The position numbers and the translations under genes are program-made. The notes beneath the pieces were generated by a model. The model was not told the origin of the DNA. It worked only from the letters and a program-made list of their open reading frames with translations, and made no database searches. Below are positions 6,783 to 15,986 of a stretch of DNA of 40,205 nucleotides, one piece after another. The DNA comes from a virus (lineage: Duplodnaviria; Caudoviricetes), in the IMG/VR virus record IMGVR_UViG_3300037044_000259, positions 1-40,205 of that record; one strand, written 5' to 3'. Position 1 is the first letter of the stretch. Each line of letters opens with the position of its first letter.

Positions 6783-8397
6783 TTTCGGACAGCAGGGATC
6801 CGAAGTCGATCTTGAGTTCGATCGCCGCCTCGAGCGAGAGGGCTATTGGTTCGAGCGGAGGCTCGCCGATCGCGTGCAGTTTTTCTTCGAGAGGTTTCTC
6901 TGCCACGGCAAGGGTGAATTGCGAGGGACCGCGCTCCGCCTTGAGCCCTGGCAGCTCCGAAATCTGCGGCGGGTTTTCGGCTGGTGTCGCCCCGACGGCA
7001 CGCGTCGATACCGTCGCTTCGATTTGTGGGTGCCGAGGAAGAACGGCAAGAGCACGCTTGCCGCGGGCACCGGTCTGTATCTCCTCACAGGCGATGGCGA
7101 GCCGGGCGCTCGCGTGTATGCGCTGGCCGGCAACGAGGACCAGGCGACCGAGGTCTTCGGCGAAGCCAAGGACATGTGCAATCAAGCTCCGGTGCTGGCG
7201 CGGATGTGCAACGTCTACACGAGCTCCATCTTCGAGCCGCTGAAGGCGAGCCGGTTCGAGGTCTGCTCATCGAAGCCGGACACCAAGCACGGCTTCAACC
7301 CCAGCGGCACGGTCTGCGACGAGATCCACGTATGGCCGAATCGAGATCTGTTCGACGTGTTTGCGACGGCCGTCATCGCGCGGCGGCAGCCGCTCATGCA
7401 CGTGATCTCGACGGCCGGCAACGACATCGAATCGTTCGGGCATCGAATGTTTGAGACCGCCGTGCAGGCGCAGGAGGGCGTGCTCCAGGATCCGGAATAC
7501 CACTCCTCGGTGTTCGCGGCGAAGCCGACCGACGACATCGAGGATCCGGCGACGTGGGCGAAGGCGAATCCGAATATCGGGGTGTCCGTCAAGCTCGACG
7601 GCCTGAAGACTCTCTGGAAAGAGACCATCCGCGATCCGAGTTTCTTGCCGACGTTTAAGCGGCTGCACCTGAACCTGTGGTCACAAGAGGCGGAAGCCTG
7701 GCTGTCGATCGACGCCTGGAACGCGTGCGCGAAGAAGAAGCGGGGCCTCGAAAAGTTCCGCGGCAGGTCCTGTTATGCGGGCTTGGATCTGTCGTCGAAC
7801 ACGGATCTCACCACGCTTCAGCTCACCTTTCCCTGCCCCGACGAGAGCTTCGATGTGCTGTCTTTTTTCTGGTGCCCAGAGGTCCAGGCGGAGCAAAGGG
7901 CCAAGCGAGACCGGGTTCCGTACCCGCTTTGGATCGAACAGAAGTGGGTCGAGTCGACGCCCGGCAACGTCATCGATTACAAGTTCATCGTGCGGAAGCT
8001 GGTGTGGTTGCGGGACGAATGCGGCATCGACATCCTGCAGGTTGCGTACGACCGGTGGGGCGCGTCGAAGATCTCGCAGGATCTCCAGGACGAGCACGGC
8101 TTCACGATGGTCGAGTTCGGGCAGGGCTTCAAGTCGATGAGCGAGCCGGCCAAGCTGCTCGAGCGGCTGGTGCTGTCACGGAAGATCCGGCACGAGGGCA
8201 GTCCGGTCATGACCTGGAACGTTGCCAACGTTCGGGTGAAGCGCGACGACGCCGACAACGTCAAGCCGGTCAAGGAAGACTCCAAGAGCCGGCGTCGAAT
8301 CGATGGTGTCGTCGCGCTTGTCATGGCCCTGGCTCGCGCTAGTCTCGGTGAAGGCGGCCCCAGCGTCTACGAAGAGCGAGGCATGATCGTCATATGA
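6712..8397 (+). CDS. terL: terminase large subunit
   Basis: LEPWQ, Walker A VPRKNGKS, Walker B VCDEIH, ISTAG, nuclease motifs GLDLS and RIDGVVA. Confidence 0.97.
   Translation: MAQQKKKPKPRVKTAVERVQRLLDFGQQGSEVDLEFDRRLEREGYWFERRLADRVQFFFERFLCHGKGELRGTALRLEPWQLRNLRRVFGWCRPDGTRRYRRFDLWVPRKNGKSTLAAGTGLYLLTGDGEPGARVYALAGNEDQATEVFGEAKDMCNQAPVLARMCNVYTSSIFEPLKASRFEVCSSKPDTKHGFNPSGTVCDEIHVWPNRDLFDVFATAVIARRQPLMHVISTAGNDIESFGHRMFETAVQAQEGVLQDPEYHSSVFAAKPTDDIEDPATWAKANPNIGVSVKLDGLKTLWKETIRDPSFLPTFKRLHLNLWSQEAEAWLSIDAWNACAKKKRGLEKFRGRSCYAGLDLSSNTDLTTLQLTFPCPDESFDVLSFFWCPEVQAEQRAKRDRVPYPLWIEQKWVESTPGNVIDYKFIVRKLVWLRDECGIDILQVAYDRWGASKISQDLQDEHGFTMVEFGQGFKSMSEPAKLLERLVLSRKIRHEGSPVMTWNVANVRVKRDDADNVKPVKEDSKSRRRIDGVVALVMALARASLGEGGPSVYEERGMIVI
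8318..8345 (+). promoter_or_regulatory. putative internal promoter for the portal gene
   Basis: TTGTCA-N16-TAGTCT inside the 3' end of terL. Confidence 0.5.
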
Positions 8398-10151
8398 ACG
8401 TCCGGTCACTGCTCAAAATCGTGGGACTTGGAAGCCGTTCTCGCCAGAGCGAGAGCGATCACGTGAGCAACGAGGCCGGATGGTGGGCCAAGCGGCTGGG
8501 CGGCGGGAGCCCGACGGGCATCACTGTCGACGCCGCAACCGCGAAGACAAGCTCGACCTACTGGGCTTGCTCGACGTCGATCTCGGCGGATGTTGCCAAG
8601 CTCCCGCTGAATCTCTATCAGCGAGGCGAGGACAATGCCCGTACGAAGGCCGTCAATCACCCGGCGTACAAGCTGCTCCTGCGGAAGCCAAATCCCGAGA
8701 TGTCGGCGATGGTTTTCCGCGAGAAGCTTCAGGGCTGGGCGCTTGATTGGGGCAACGGCATGGCCGAGATCGAGCGTGCCAACGACGGCTCGCCCATCGC
8801 GCTCTGGCCGATGAAGCCTTGGCGCACGCAGATCCGTCGCCGCAACGACGCTCGCAAGACGCTGTACTACGAGTACAGAAACCCCAACGGGCAGGCCCGC
8901 GAACTCGATCCCGAGGACGTCTTCCACATCCGCGGCCCCACATTCGACGGCATCGTCGGCATCAACGTCGTCACGATGGCCGAGGTCAGCCTCGGTGGCG
9001 TGCTCGCGGCCGACCGTTTCACCGCCGCGTTCTATGGCAACCACGCCATGCCGGCGGCGATCCTGAAGCACCCGGGCAAGTTCAAGGACAAGAAGGCGAT
9101 CGATTACATTCGCGAGAGCTGGGAGAAGCTCTTCAAAGGTGCCGACAACGCCGGGAAGATCGGCATTCTCGAAGAGGGCATGGAGGTCCAGCTGCTCACG
9201 ATGCCGCTCGACAATGCCCAGTTCCTCGAGCAGCGGCAGTTCGGTGTCTCGGAAGTGTGCCGCTGGTTCAGGTTTCCGCCGCACAAGGCTGGCGATCTTT
9301 CCCGCGCGACGTTCAGCAACATTGAACACCAGGGCCTCGAGTACGTCGTCGATTGCCTCGGCGCGTGGCTAGTGCGCTGGGAGCAGGAGGCCGCCGCCAA
9401 GCTGCTCCGCGAGGATCAGCAGGAGACTCTGTACTACGAGCACCTCACGGACGCACTGCTCCGCGGCGACTTCAAGTCCCGTACCGAGGGCTATCAGAAG
9501 GCGCTCGACTCGGGCCATATGAACCTGGACGAGGTGCGGGCGAAAGAGAATCTGCCGCCGCTTCCGAACGGCGAGGGCAAGATCCATCGCGTGCCGCTCA
9601 ACATGCAGACGGTGAAGAAGCTGATCGAGGACAAGCCAAAGCCCGAGCCCAAGCCGCCCACGATCGTGAAGTCCGATCCTCCGCTGTTGCCTCCGGGCAA
9701 GGACGAGAAGAAGTCCACGCGTGCGATCGTCGAGGCCTTCGTGCCGGCGTTCGACCAGGCGGCGCGCAACCTGCTCCGCATCGAGGCGGAGAAACTCCGA
9801 CGCGCCGCAGCTCGTTCAAAGGTGCTGGAACACGCGGACGATTTCTACAAGACGCACGCCGAAGTCGTCCGGTCGCATGTCTTCCCGGCGGTCGAGGCCC
9901 TGGGCACGACGCTGAAGCTGCATCCGGATCATGGCTGGCGCACGTTTGACGCCGCGGGCTTCGTTCGCAAGCTGGCTGATCGGCATTGCGAGATCTCCGC
10001 GCGGCAGGCCTTGAGGGGCATTTCAGATCCGGAGGCCGTCGCGAAGACATGGACAGGCGACGAGGCGACGACCCGCGCCGAGCTCTTCGCCAAGGAAATC
10101 GCAGACGAACTCGATCGACAGACCGCCACGAGCGGAAAGGATGCGGCATGA
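8394..10151 (+). CDS. portal protein, HK97 family, with C-terminal extension
   Basis: ISADVAKLPL, LLLRKPNPEMS, WGNG, ILEEGM, FSNIEHQ, EVRAKENLPP. Confidence 0.96.
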   Translation: MNVRSLLKIVGLGSRSRQSESDHVSNEAGWWAKRLGGGSPTGITVDAATAKTSSTYWACSTSISADVAKLPLNLYQRGEDNARTKAVNHPAYKLLLRKPNPEMSAMVFREKLQGWALDWGNGMAEIERANDGSPIALWPMKPWRTQIRRRNDARKTLYYEYRNPNGQARELDPEDVFHIRGPTFDGIVGINVVTMAEVSLGGVLAADRFTAAFYGNHAMPAAILKHPGKFKDKKAIDYIRESWEKLFKGADNAGKIGILEEGMEVQLLTMPLDNAQFLEQRQFGVSEVCRWFRFPPHKAGDLSRATFSNIEHQGLEYVVDCLGAWLVRWEQEAAAKLLREDQQETLYYEHLTDALLRGDFKSRTEGYQKALDSGHMNLDEVRAKENLPPLPNGEGKIHRVPLNMQTVKKLIEDKPKPEPKPPTIVKSDPPLLPPGKDEKKSTRAIVEAFVPAFDQAARNLLRIEAEKLRRAAARSKVLEHADDFYKTHAEVVRSHVFPAVEALGTTLKLHPDHGWRTFDAAGFVRKLADRHCEISARQALRGISDPEAVAKTWTGDEATTRAELFAKEIADELDRQTATSGKDAA

Positions 10152-10789
10152 GCACTCTCACCACCGGCGTTCAGCAGCGACTCTTCAAGTTCACCGAGCT
10201 GCGCGTCGCCGACATCGGCGGCAAGAAGATCCTCCAGGGCTACTCCGCGCTGTACGACAGCTGGAGTGAAACCCTCGGCGGGTACTTCCGCGAGATCATC
10301 CGGCCGGGCGCCTTCGCCAACGCGCTCCGCAACTCGGACGTCCGCTGCCTCTTCAATCACGATTCGAACGTGGTCCTCGGGCGATCAAAGCCCGGCACAC
10401 TGAAGTTGATCGAGGACTCGCGCGGGCTCCGCATGGAGTGCGACCTGCCGAACACCCAGGCGGCAACCGATCTCCGCGAGTCGATCAACCGCGGCGACAT
10501 CGACGGCCAGAGCTTCAGCTTCACCACGAAGCAGGACCGCTGGACGTTCAGCAACGATTCCAAGAAGCCCGCGGAGCGCGAGCTGCTCGAGGTCGAGGAA
10601 CTCTTCGACGTCGGCCCGGTCACCTGGCCGGCGTATCCCGAGACGACCGTCGGCGTCCGTTGTCGCGAGGTCAACCGGGAGATCCTCGAGGCGGCTCGCC
10701 GGATGCACGATGCCAATCCTCAGCGGTTCGAGAACCACGTCCTGGCCGAGCTCGCGATCATCGAGGCCGAGGATTCGGCGGCGGCTTGA
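10148..10789 (+). CDS. prohead protease, HK97 family
   Basis: GYSALY, FREIIRPGAF, LFNHD, DSRGL, SFSF, VTWPAYPET. ATGA overlap with the portal stop. Confidence 0.95.
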   Translation: MSTLTTGVQQRLFKFTELRVADIGGKKILQGYSALYDSWSETLGGYFREIIRPGAFANALRNSDVRCLFNHDSNVVLGRSKPGTLKLIEDSRGLRMECDLPNTQAATDLRESINRGDIDGQSFSFTTKQDRWTFSNDSKKPAERELLEVEELFDVGPVTWPAYPETTVGVRCREVNREILEAARRMHDANPQRFENHVLAELAIIEAEDSAAA

Positions 10790-10813
10790 CTCGGACGCGC
10801 GGACCGCTAGTTT
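10786..10813 (+). promoter_or_regulatory. putative capsid gene promoter
   Basis: TTGACT-N16-TAGTTT. Confidence 0.6.
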
Positions 10814-11002
10814 GACTCCATCTCATTCGAGCAGGCGCTCGGGCGGGCGGTGGACCTTTGGTCGGCCGGGCCTGAACGCGACAGCGAAAAGGAAGTGCCT
10901 TTGGTGCTTCGGTCGCTCGCAACACGTGAAACCACGTGCCGGCGATCGACGTTGCTGCATTGCTCGACAGCATCTCGCTCCCGGCCGCACTGGGAATGAA
11001 TC

Positions 11003-12370
11003 ATGACCAAGGAACAGCGCGAGAAAATGGCCAAGGCGATCGCCGACGCACGCGCGATCAAGGAAAAGGCCGGCACCGCCAAGCGGGCTCTGACGGGCGA
11101 GGAGCTCGGTCAGATCGAAGGCCACCTCACTGAGTACAAGCGGATTGACAGTGAGCTGAAGGAGTCCGCCCGCGGCAAGCAGATCGACGACGACATCGAG
11201 GCAGCCGAAGCCGAGCTGTCGAGGTCGGCGGGCCGAAGCACCGAACCCGAAGCACCGGAAACACCATCTCGTGGTCGAGGCTCCGGCCGGGACGCCGGGC
11301 GCGGAAATGGCGGGGAGGGAACGCGCGAGCTTCGCTGGAAGACTCGCGGCGGCAACGAGCGGTGCATCACCTTCGACTCCCGCCACGACACCAGCGATTA
11401 TGCACGGGATTACCACGGCGCGTACCTGCGTCACGGCAAGATCACAGACCTGCTCTCCCGCTGCGGTGAACCCCAGCGCCGAGAGGATCGTGACCTTCAG
11501 GCCGATTCGTATGCGGATGGCGGCGCCCTGCTCGCACCCACGGAGATGATCGCCGGGATCCTGAAGAAGGCCGACGACGCCGTCTACGTCCGTCAGTTCG
11601 CAACCGTCTTCCAGGTCAAGGCTTCTCAAAACCTCGGCCAGGTGTCGCTCGACGCCGATCCCGACGATGGGGAGTGGACCTCGGAACTGGGGACGGGCAC
11701 GAACGACACCGCAACCAAGTTCGGTCGTCGTGAATTGAACCCGACGCCCTTGGCGAAGCGCATCAAGATCAGCAAGAAGCTGGTCCGCATGCTGCCCAGC
11801 CTGCCCTCGTTCATTGAGGGGCGTCTGGCGTACAAGTTCGGAACCACACTCGAGAAGAATCTTCTGCTCGGCGATGGTGCGAACAAGCCGCTCGGCCTCA
11901 TGGTTGCCAGCAACAACGGCATCAGCACGAGCCGTGACGTCACGACCGGCAACACGGCCACGCAGCTCAAGCCGGACAACCTGATCGCCTGCAAGTACTT
12001 CCTGAAGGAGGCCTACCGGAAGAGTGCGCGGTGGATGATGCACCGCGACGTCGTCCTGCAGGTCGCGCTCATGAAGGACGGCAACGGTCAGTATCTCTGG
12101 CGTCAGGGACTCACGGCCGGCGACCCGGACACGATCCTCGCGCTGCCGGTGGCCGAGAGCGAGTACATGCCGAACACGCTCACGTCCGGAAAGTACACCC
12201 ACCTATTGGGCGACTTGTCGTTCTACGTGATCGCGGAGGCCCTGCAGCTCGACATCCAGGTGCTGCTGGAGCTGTACGCGGAAACGGGCCAGATCGGCTA
12301 CATCGGCCGCATGGAAGCTGACGGCATGCCCATGCTCGAGGAAGCGTTCGTCCGCGGCAAGCTCGGTTGA
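11003..12370 (+). CDS. major capsid protein, HK97 fold
   Basis: N-terminal coiled-coil delta domain, DGGALLAP, LLGDGANKPLGL, MKDGNGQYLW, ILALPV, GDLSFY. Confidence 0.96.
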   Translation: MTKEQREKMAKAIADARAIKEKAGTAKRALTGEELGQIEGHLTEYKRIDSELKESARGKQIDDDIEAAEAELSRSAGRSTEPEAPETPSRGRGSGRDAGRGNGGEGTRELRWKTRGGNERCITFDSRHDTSDYARDYHGAYLRHGKITDLLSRCGEPQRREDRDLQADSYADGGALLAPTEMIAGILKKADDAVYVRQFATVFQVKASQNLGQVSLDADPDDGEWTSELGTGTNDTATKFGRRELNPTPLAKRIKISKKLVRMLPSLPSFIEGRLAYKFGTTLEKNLLLGDGANKPLGLMVASNNGISTSRDVTTGNTATQLKPDNLIACKYFLKEAYRKSARWMMHRDVVLQVALMKDGNGQYLWRQGLTAGDPDTILALPVAESEYMPNTLTSGKYTHLLGDLSFYVIAEALQLDIQVLLELYAETGQIGYIGRMEADGMPMLEEAFVRGKLG

Positions 12371-12378
12371 TTCATCGT

Positions 12379-12411
12379 GCAGCGGTGCCGGTTTGTTACC
12401 GGCACCGCTGC
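12379..12411 (+). terminator. perfect 14-bp hairpin after the capsid gene (terminator or mRNA stabiliser)
   Basis: GCAGCGGTGCCGGT-TTGTT-ACCGGCACCGCTGC, with no clear U-tract. Confidence 0.55.
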
Positions 12412-12437
12412 TAACTCGCACAACTCGGAGAGTTCTC

Positions 12438-12887
12438 ATGGAACTTCTCAGCCCGATTGACATGTTCGAATTTTCCCGCGTGATGAACGCGGTCGCCGCC
12501 GGGCAGACAGCCCAGACCAGTTCCAAGGTTGACGCTCGCGATGCCGATGGCGTCTGCTTCCTCGTCGCGTTCGGCACCATCACGGCCGGCGCCGTGACGA
12601 GCATCAAGATTCAGCAGTCCGACGACGATGGATCGACGGACGGCTACTCGGATCTCGCCGGCTCCAGCGTCAGTGTTCCTGACACGGCGAGCAACAAGAT
12701 CGTTCCGTATGTTGTGAAACGTCCGTTGAAGGGTGACCTGAAGCTTGTCATCAGCCGCGGCACACAGAATGCCGTGATCGATGGAGTCACCGCGTTCAAA
12801 TTCAATCTGCGAAAGGTTCCGGCGACCCAGCCGTCGACTGTCGCAGTGTCCAAGACGCTGGTCGGCCCTGCCGAAGGCACGGCCTGA
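12438..12887 (+). CDS. putative capsid decoration/cement protein
   Basis: Directly follows the capsid gene; beta-rich with VD..DADGV.FLV.FG and IQQSDDDG...YSDLAGS; GGAG RBS. Confidence 0.65.
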   Translation: MELLSPIDMFEFSRVMNAVAAGQTAQTSSKVDARDADGVCFLVAFGTITAGAVTSIKIQQSDDDGSTDGYSDLAGSSVSVPDTASNKIVPYVVKRPLKGDLKLVISRGTQNAVIDGVTAFKFNLRKVPATQPSTVAVSKTLVGPAEGTA

Positions 12888-12913
12888 GCAGTTTGAAGTT
12901 TTCTGATTCTCAC

Positions 12914-12946
12914 CCTTGCCGCGCGGGAACGTGCGGCAAGGCTTTC
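12914..12946 (+). terminator. hairpin with GGAA loop and short U-run
   Basis: CCTTGCCGCGCG-GGAA-CGTGCGGCAAGG followed by CTTTC. Confidence 0.45.
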
Positions 12947-12977
12947 GACAGACGACTCAACCCCACGGAGAATGAAC

Positions 12978-13253
12978 ATGGCCGGCGAAAATGCAAAGGT
13001 TCACAAGAGCCAGTCACCCGACATCATCACAGTCGAGAGCGGCGGAGCAGTCGACGTCAAGTCGGGCGGCAAGATCACCGCTGCCGGCACCCAGGCGGCC
13101 GCGATCGTCGCGCTCACAGACAACAGCACTGGTACGGCGTCAGACACGATCGCCTCGATCTCCGACACCGCCACGAAGAACGCGATCGCGTCCCTGGCTG
13201 CCAAGGTGAACGCGCTCAACACCGCCATCAAGGGGGTTGGGATCACAGCCTGA
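12978..13253 (+). CDS. head fiber-like protein
   Basis: C-terminal IASLAAKVNALNTAIKGVG pattern typical of short head fibers; located in the head cluster. Confidence 0.6.
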   Translation: MAGENAKVHKSQSPDIITVESGGAVDVKSGGKITAAGTQAAAIVALTDNSTGTASDTIASISDTATKNAIASLAAKVNALNTAIKGVGITA

Positions 13254-13302
13254 GTCCGCTGGTGCGGACTGGTGTTTCTCATTTCACGTAAGGAGCGGCG
13301 CG

Positions 13303-13557
13303 ATGCGGATCGTCATGAAAACAAACTCGGCTGGCCCGGAGGGAACGCGATGGGCAGGCAAGGAGTACGACGTCCCGGATAAGGAGGCCAAGGAGCTGAT
13401 CGACGGGAAGTACGCCGAGCCGGCGAAGAGCAAGAAGGTCGAGCGTGCAACCGCTGAGCCGGACGGCGAGGACGCGGACTCCGCGCCCGAAACCGAGACC
13501 AAGCCACACAGCCGGAAGTCCGACGACATCGAGAAGGCGACGACCAGGCGGAAATAG
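13303..13557 (+). CDS. small conserved phage head-region protein
   Basis: AAGGAG RBS; AG.EYDV.D.EA.ELI...YAE followed by a charged tail, a common gene type between capsid and connector. Confidence 0.7.
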   Translation: MRIVMKTNSAGPEGTRWAGKEYDVPDKEAKELIDGKYAEPAKSKKVERATAEPDGEDADSAPETETKPHSRKSDDIEKATTRRK

Positions 13558-13577
13558 TCGTGGCATGTGCCGCGGCG

Positions 13578-13650
13578 AGAACCTGGCGGAGTACCGAATC
13601 GATGCTCGGCTGGCCCCAGTGTGAGCGCTCCGCCGGGTTCTTTGTTTTTC
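13578..13650 (+). terminator. intrinsic terminator-like stem with long loop
   Basis: AGAACCTGGCGGAGT pairs with GCTCCGCCGGGTTCT and is followed by TTGTTTTTC. Confidence 0.55.
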
Positions 13651-13660
13651 AGGAGCAGCG

Positions 13661-14251
13661 TTGAAGTTCGAAGTGACGACACAGCCAGCAGAAGAGCCCG
13701 TCACGCTGGCCGAGGCGAAGCTCCATCTCCGCGTCGACGGCACGGACGATGACACTCTGATCACCGGGTACATCGGGGCGGCTCGCTCCTGGGCAGAAGG
13801 CTTCCTCGGCCGCTCGATCGTGACGCAGACCCGCACGGTGTGGATGGATTCGTTCCCGACCGATCCGATTGAACTGCTCCACTCGCCCGTCCAGTCCGTC
13901 ACGTTCGTGAAGTACTACGACGAGGACAACGTTCAGCAGACTCTGAGCGCGTCGGTGTACGAGGTCGACACCAAGGACATCCCGCCGCGGATCTACCTGG
14001 CGGACGGCCAGAGCTGGCCGGCGACGTGGAACAAACGCAACGCCGTACAGATCGAGTTCGTTGCCGGGTACGGCTTGCCGTCGACGGGGATGCCGGTTCC
14101 GATACCCAAAGAGATCCCGCTGGCCATCAAGCATCTGGTCGCGACTTGGTACGCAACCCGCGAATCCGTCGTGACCGGCACCATCGTTTCCCAAGTTCCG
14201 CAGACCTGCGAGGCGCTCCTGTGGCCGCTGCGGATCGTGCCCTTGGGGTAA
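13661..14251 (+). CDS. head-tail connector (gp6/phiE125 gp8-like)
   Basis: EPVTLAEAKLHLRVD..DDDTLI, AI.HLVATWYATRE, EALLWPLR. Confidence 0.93.
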   Translation: MKFEVTTQPAEEPVTLAEAKLHLRVDGTDDDTLITGYIGAARSWAEGFLGRSIVTQTRTVWMDSFPTDPIELLHSPVQSVTFVKYYDEDNVQQTLSASVYEVDTKDIPPRIYLADGQSWPATWNKRNAVQIEFVAGYGLPSTGMPVPIPKEIPLAIKHLVATWYATRESVVTGTIVSQVPQTCEALLWPLRIVPLG

Positions 14252-14260
14252 GGAGCAACC

Positions 14261-14530
14261 ATGCCCGCGACCGACAATTTCAAGAGCAACTCAACCGGCC
14301 TCAGCTCGCCGCTCACGCGGGCCGTCGCTGTCACGCCCAACGACTCCACCGACCTGACCAACGTAAGCCGCGCGATCTACGTCGGCGGAGCCGGCGATCT
14401 CGAGGTGATCACCAGCGGCGGCGACACGGTCACCTTTGTGGGCGTGGCTGCCGGCAGCGTGCTCCCGATCCGCGTGTCGCGCGTTAAGGAGGCGAACACC
14501 AGCGCCACCGACATCCTCGCCCTGGAGTGA
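14261..14530 (+). CDS. head spike base protein, RcGTA Rcc01079-like
   Basis: D.F......L.SP....AVTPNDSTDL....RAIYVGGAGDL.V......VTF..V.AG.VLPIRV.RV....T.AT.I.AL. Confidence 0.82.
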   Translation: MPATDNFKSNSTGLSSPLTRAVAVTPNDSTDLTNVSRAIYVGGAGDLEVITSGGDTVTFVGVAAGSVLPIRVSRVKEANTSATDILALE

Positions 14531-14533
14531 GTC

Positions 14534-14863
14534 ATGCGCGCGGGCACACTCGATCGACGCATCACGCTCATGAAGCCGACGTCGACACAAGACACGTACG
14601 GCGCGATGGTCGATTCCTTCGCGAGCGAAGGTACGGTGTGGGCCAACGTCAAGCAACTCGATGCCGGTGAGGCCTCCCGGGACGATCAGCACACCGCCAA
14701 GAAAACGGTCCTGTTCACGATTCGCTATCGAGCCTCCGTCGCCCCCACGTGGAAGGTCGTGTTCGACGGCGAGACATACGACCTGACCGACGTTGCGGAA
14801 GTGGGCAGGCGCGAGGGGTTGGCTCTCACCGGATACGCGCGGGAAGTGAAATCAGGAGCCTGA
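14534..14863 (+). CDS. head closure / head-tail adaptor (SPP1 gp16-like)
   Basis: MRAGTLDRRITL, TVWANV, FTIRYR, YDLTDV. Confidence 0.9.
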   Translation: MRAGTLDRRITLMKPTSTQDTYGAMVDSFASEGTVWANVKQLDAGEASRDDQHTAKKTVLFTIRYRASVAPTWKVVFDGETYDLTDVAEVGRREGLALTGYAREVKSGA

Positions 14864-14864
14864 T

Positions 14865-15491
14865 GTGCCGGCGGTCAAAGAGGTCCAATTCTTCGGCGCG
14901 AGGGAGTTCATTGAGGGACTTCGCGAAATGGGCCTCAAGGTTCCCACCACGGCTGTCCGCAAGGGCTTGTACCGAGGCGCGGTGATCATCCGGGACGAGG
15001 CCAGGCGGCGTGCTCCGGTTCGCTACGGCGCCCTGAAGAAGTCGATCGTCGCTGTAACCAAGCGGATCAAGAGCGGGAAAGGTCTTGACTACATCGGGAT
15101 CGTCCGGATCGCGGACGTCAAGTACGTCGTCTCCGCGACAAAGACTGGAAAGCTGAAGCTGAAGCGGCTCAACAAGAACGGTCGCATCACGGTAAACGGT
15201 GTCACGTTCAAGCCCTCGGCAGCTCGCATCTTCCCGCGCAAGTACGCCCACCTTGCCGAGTTCGGAACGAGGCCGCATTCGACCGCTCCGAAGAACCTCT
15301 CGAAGGCAAAGGGAGCGAAGGGACGACGTGTGCCGCGGCTGCACCCGGGCGCGAAGGCGAAACCGTTCATGCGGCCTGCGTACGACACGAAGATCGGATC
15401 GGCCTTCACGGCTTTCAAGGAAGAAGTGGTGAGCGAGCTCGGGCGCATCGCCGTGAAAACCGCGGCCCGCCAGGCCAGGAAGAAGATCTGA
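14865..15491 (+). CDS. HK97 gp10-family tail completion protein
   Basis: APVRYGALKKSI, YAHLAEFGT, AKPFMRPAYD. Confidence 0.88.
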   Translation: MPAVKEVQFFGAREFIEGLREMGLKVPTTAVRKGLYRGAVIIRDEARRRAPVRYGALKKSIVAVTKRIKSGKGLDYIGIVRIADVKYVVSATKTGKLKLKRLNKNGRITVNGVTFKPSAARIFPRKYAHLAEFGTRPHSTAPKNLSKAKGAKGRRVPRLHPGAKAKPFMRPAYDTKIGSAFTAFKEEVVSELGRIAVKTAARQARKKI

Positions 15492-15895
15492 TGCCCAAGT
15501 CACTCGAAGAAAGCATCTTCCTGGCCGTTGCCGGCGACACCGCCGTGCGGGATCTCGCCGACCAGCGGGTTTACCCGAACCGGCTCCCCCAGGGAGCGAC
15601 TTACCCGTGCGTGATGTATTTCCGGGTTTCGACCGTGCGCGACTATCACCAGGGCGGAAGCGATCGAGTCCCCACGGCACGCATTCAGATCAACAGCTAC
15701 GCGCCCAAGTACGCAGATGCCAAGGCTCTGGCCAAGGCGGTGTTCGACGTGCTCGACGGGTTCAGCGGCACGCTCGGCGATCTCGAGGGCGCGAACGTCC
15801 TGGGGATCTTTAGCGATGACGAGATGGACGATTACGACGACGAGCTCAAAGTCGAGGTCGTCGTTCAGGACTTTCGGATCGTTTACGACGAGTGA
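15491..15895 (+). CDS. tail terminator (DUF3168-like)
   Basis: RVYPNRLPQGATYP, RIQINSYA, A.AV..VLDG; located just before the tail tube gene. Confidence 0.85.
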   Translation: MPKSLEESIFLAVAGDTAVRDLADQRVYPNRLPQGATYPCVMYFRVSTVRDYHQGGSDRVPTARIQINSYAPKYADAKALAKAVFDVLDGFSGTLGDLEGANVLGIFSDDEMDDYDDELKVEVVVQDFRIVYDE

Positions 15896-15904
15896 AGTGG
15901 CGCG

Positions 15905-15932
15905 TTGACGACACGCCACTCACTTCTAGTAT
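15905..15932 (+). promoter_or_regulatory. putative tail tube gene promoter
   Basis: TTGACG-N16-TAGTAT in the intergenic region. Confidence 0.6.
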
Positions 15933-15986
15933 GCGAACGCACCCACGCCCCCGCGCGCCACACGCGCAACCCAGGAGATCTCCGTC

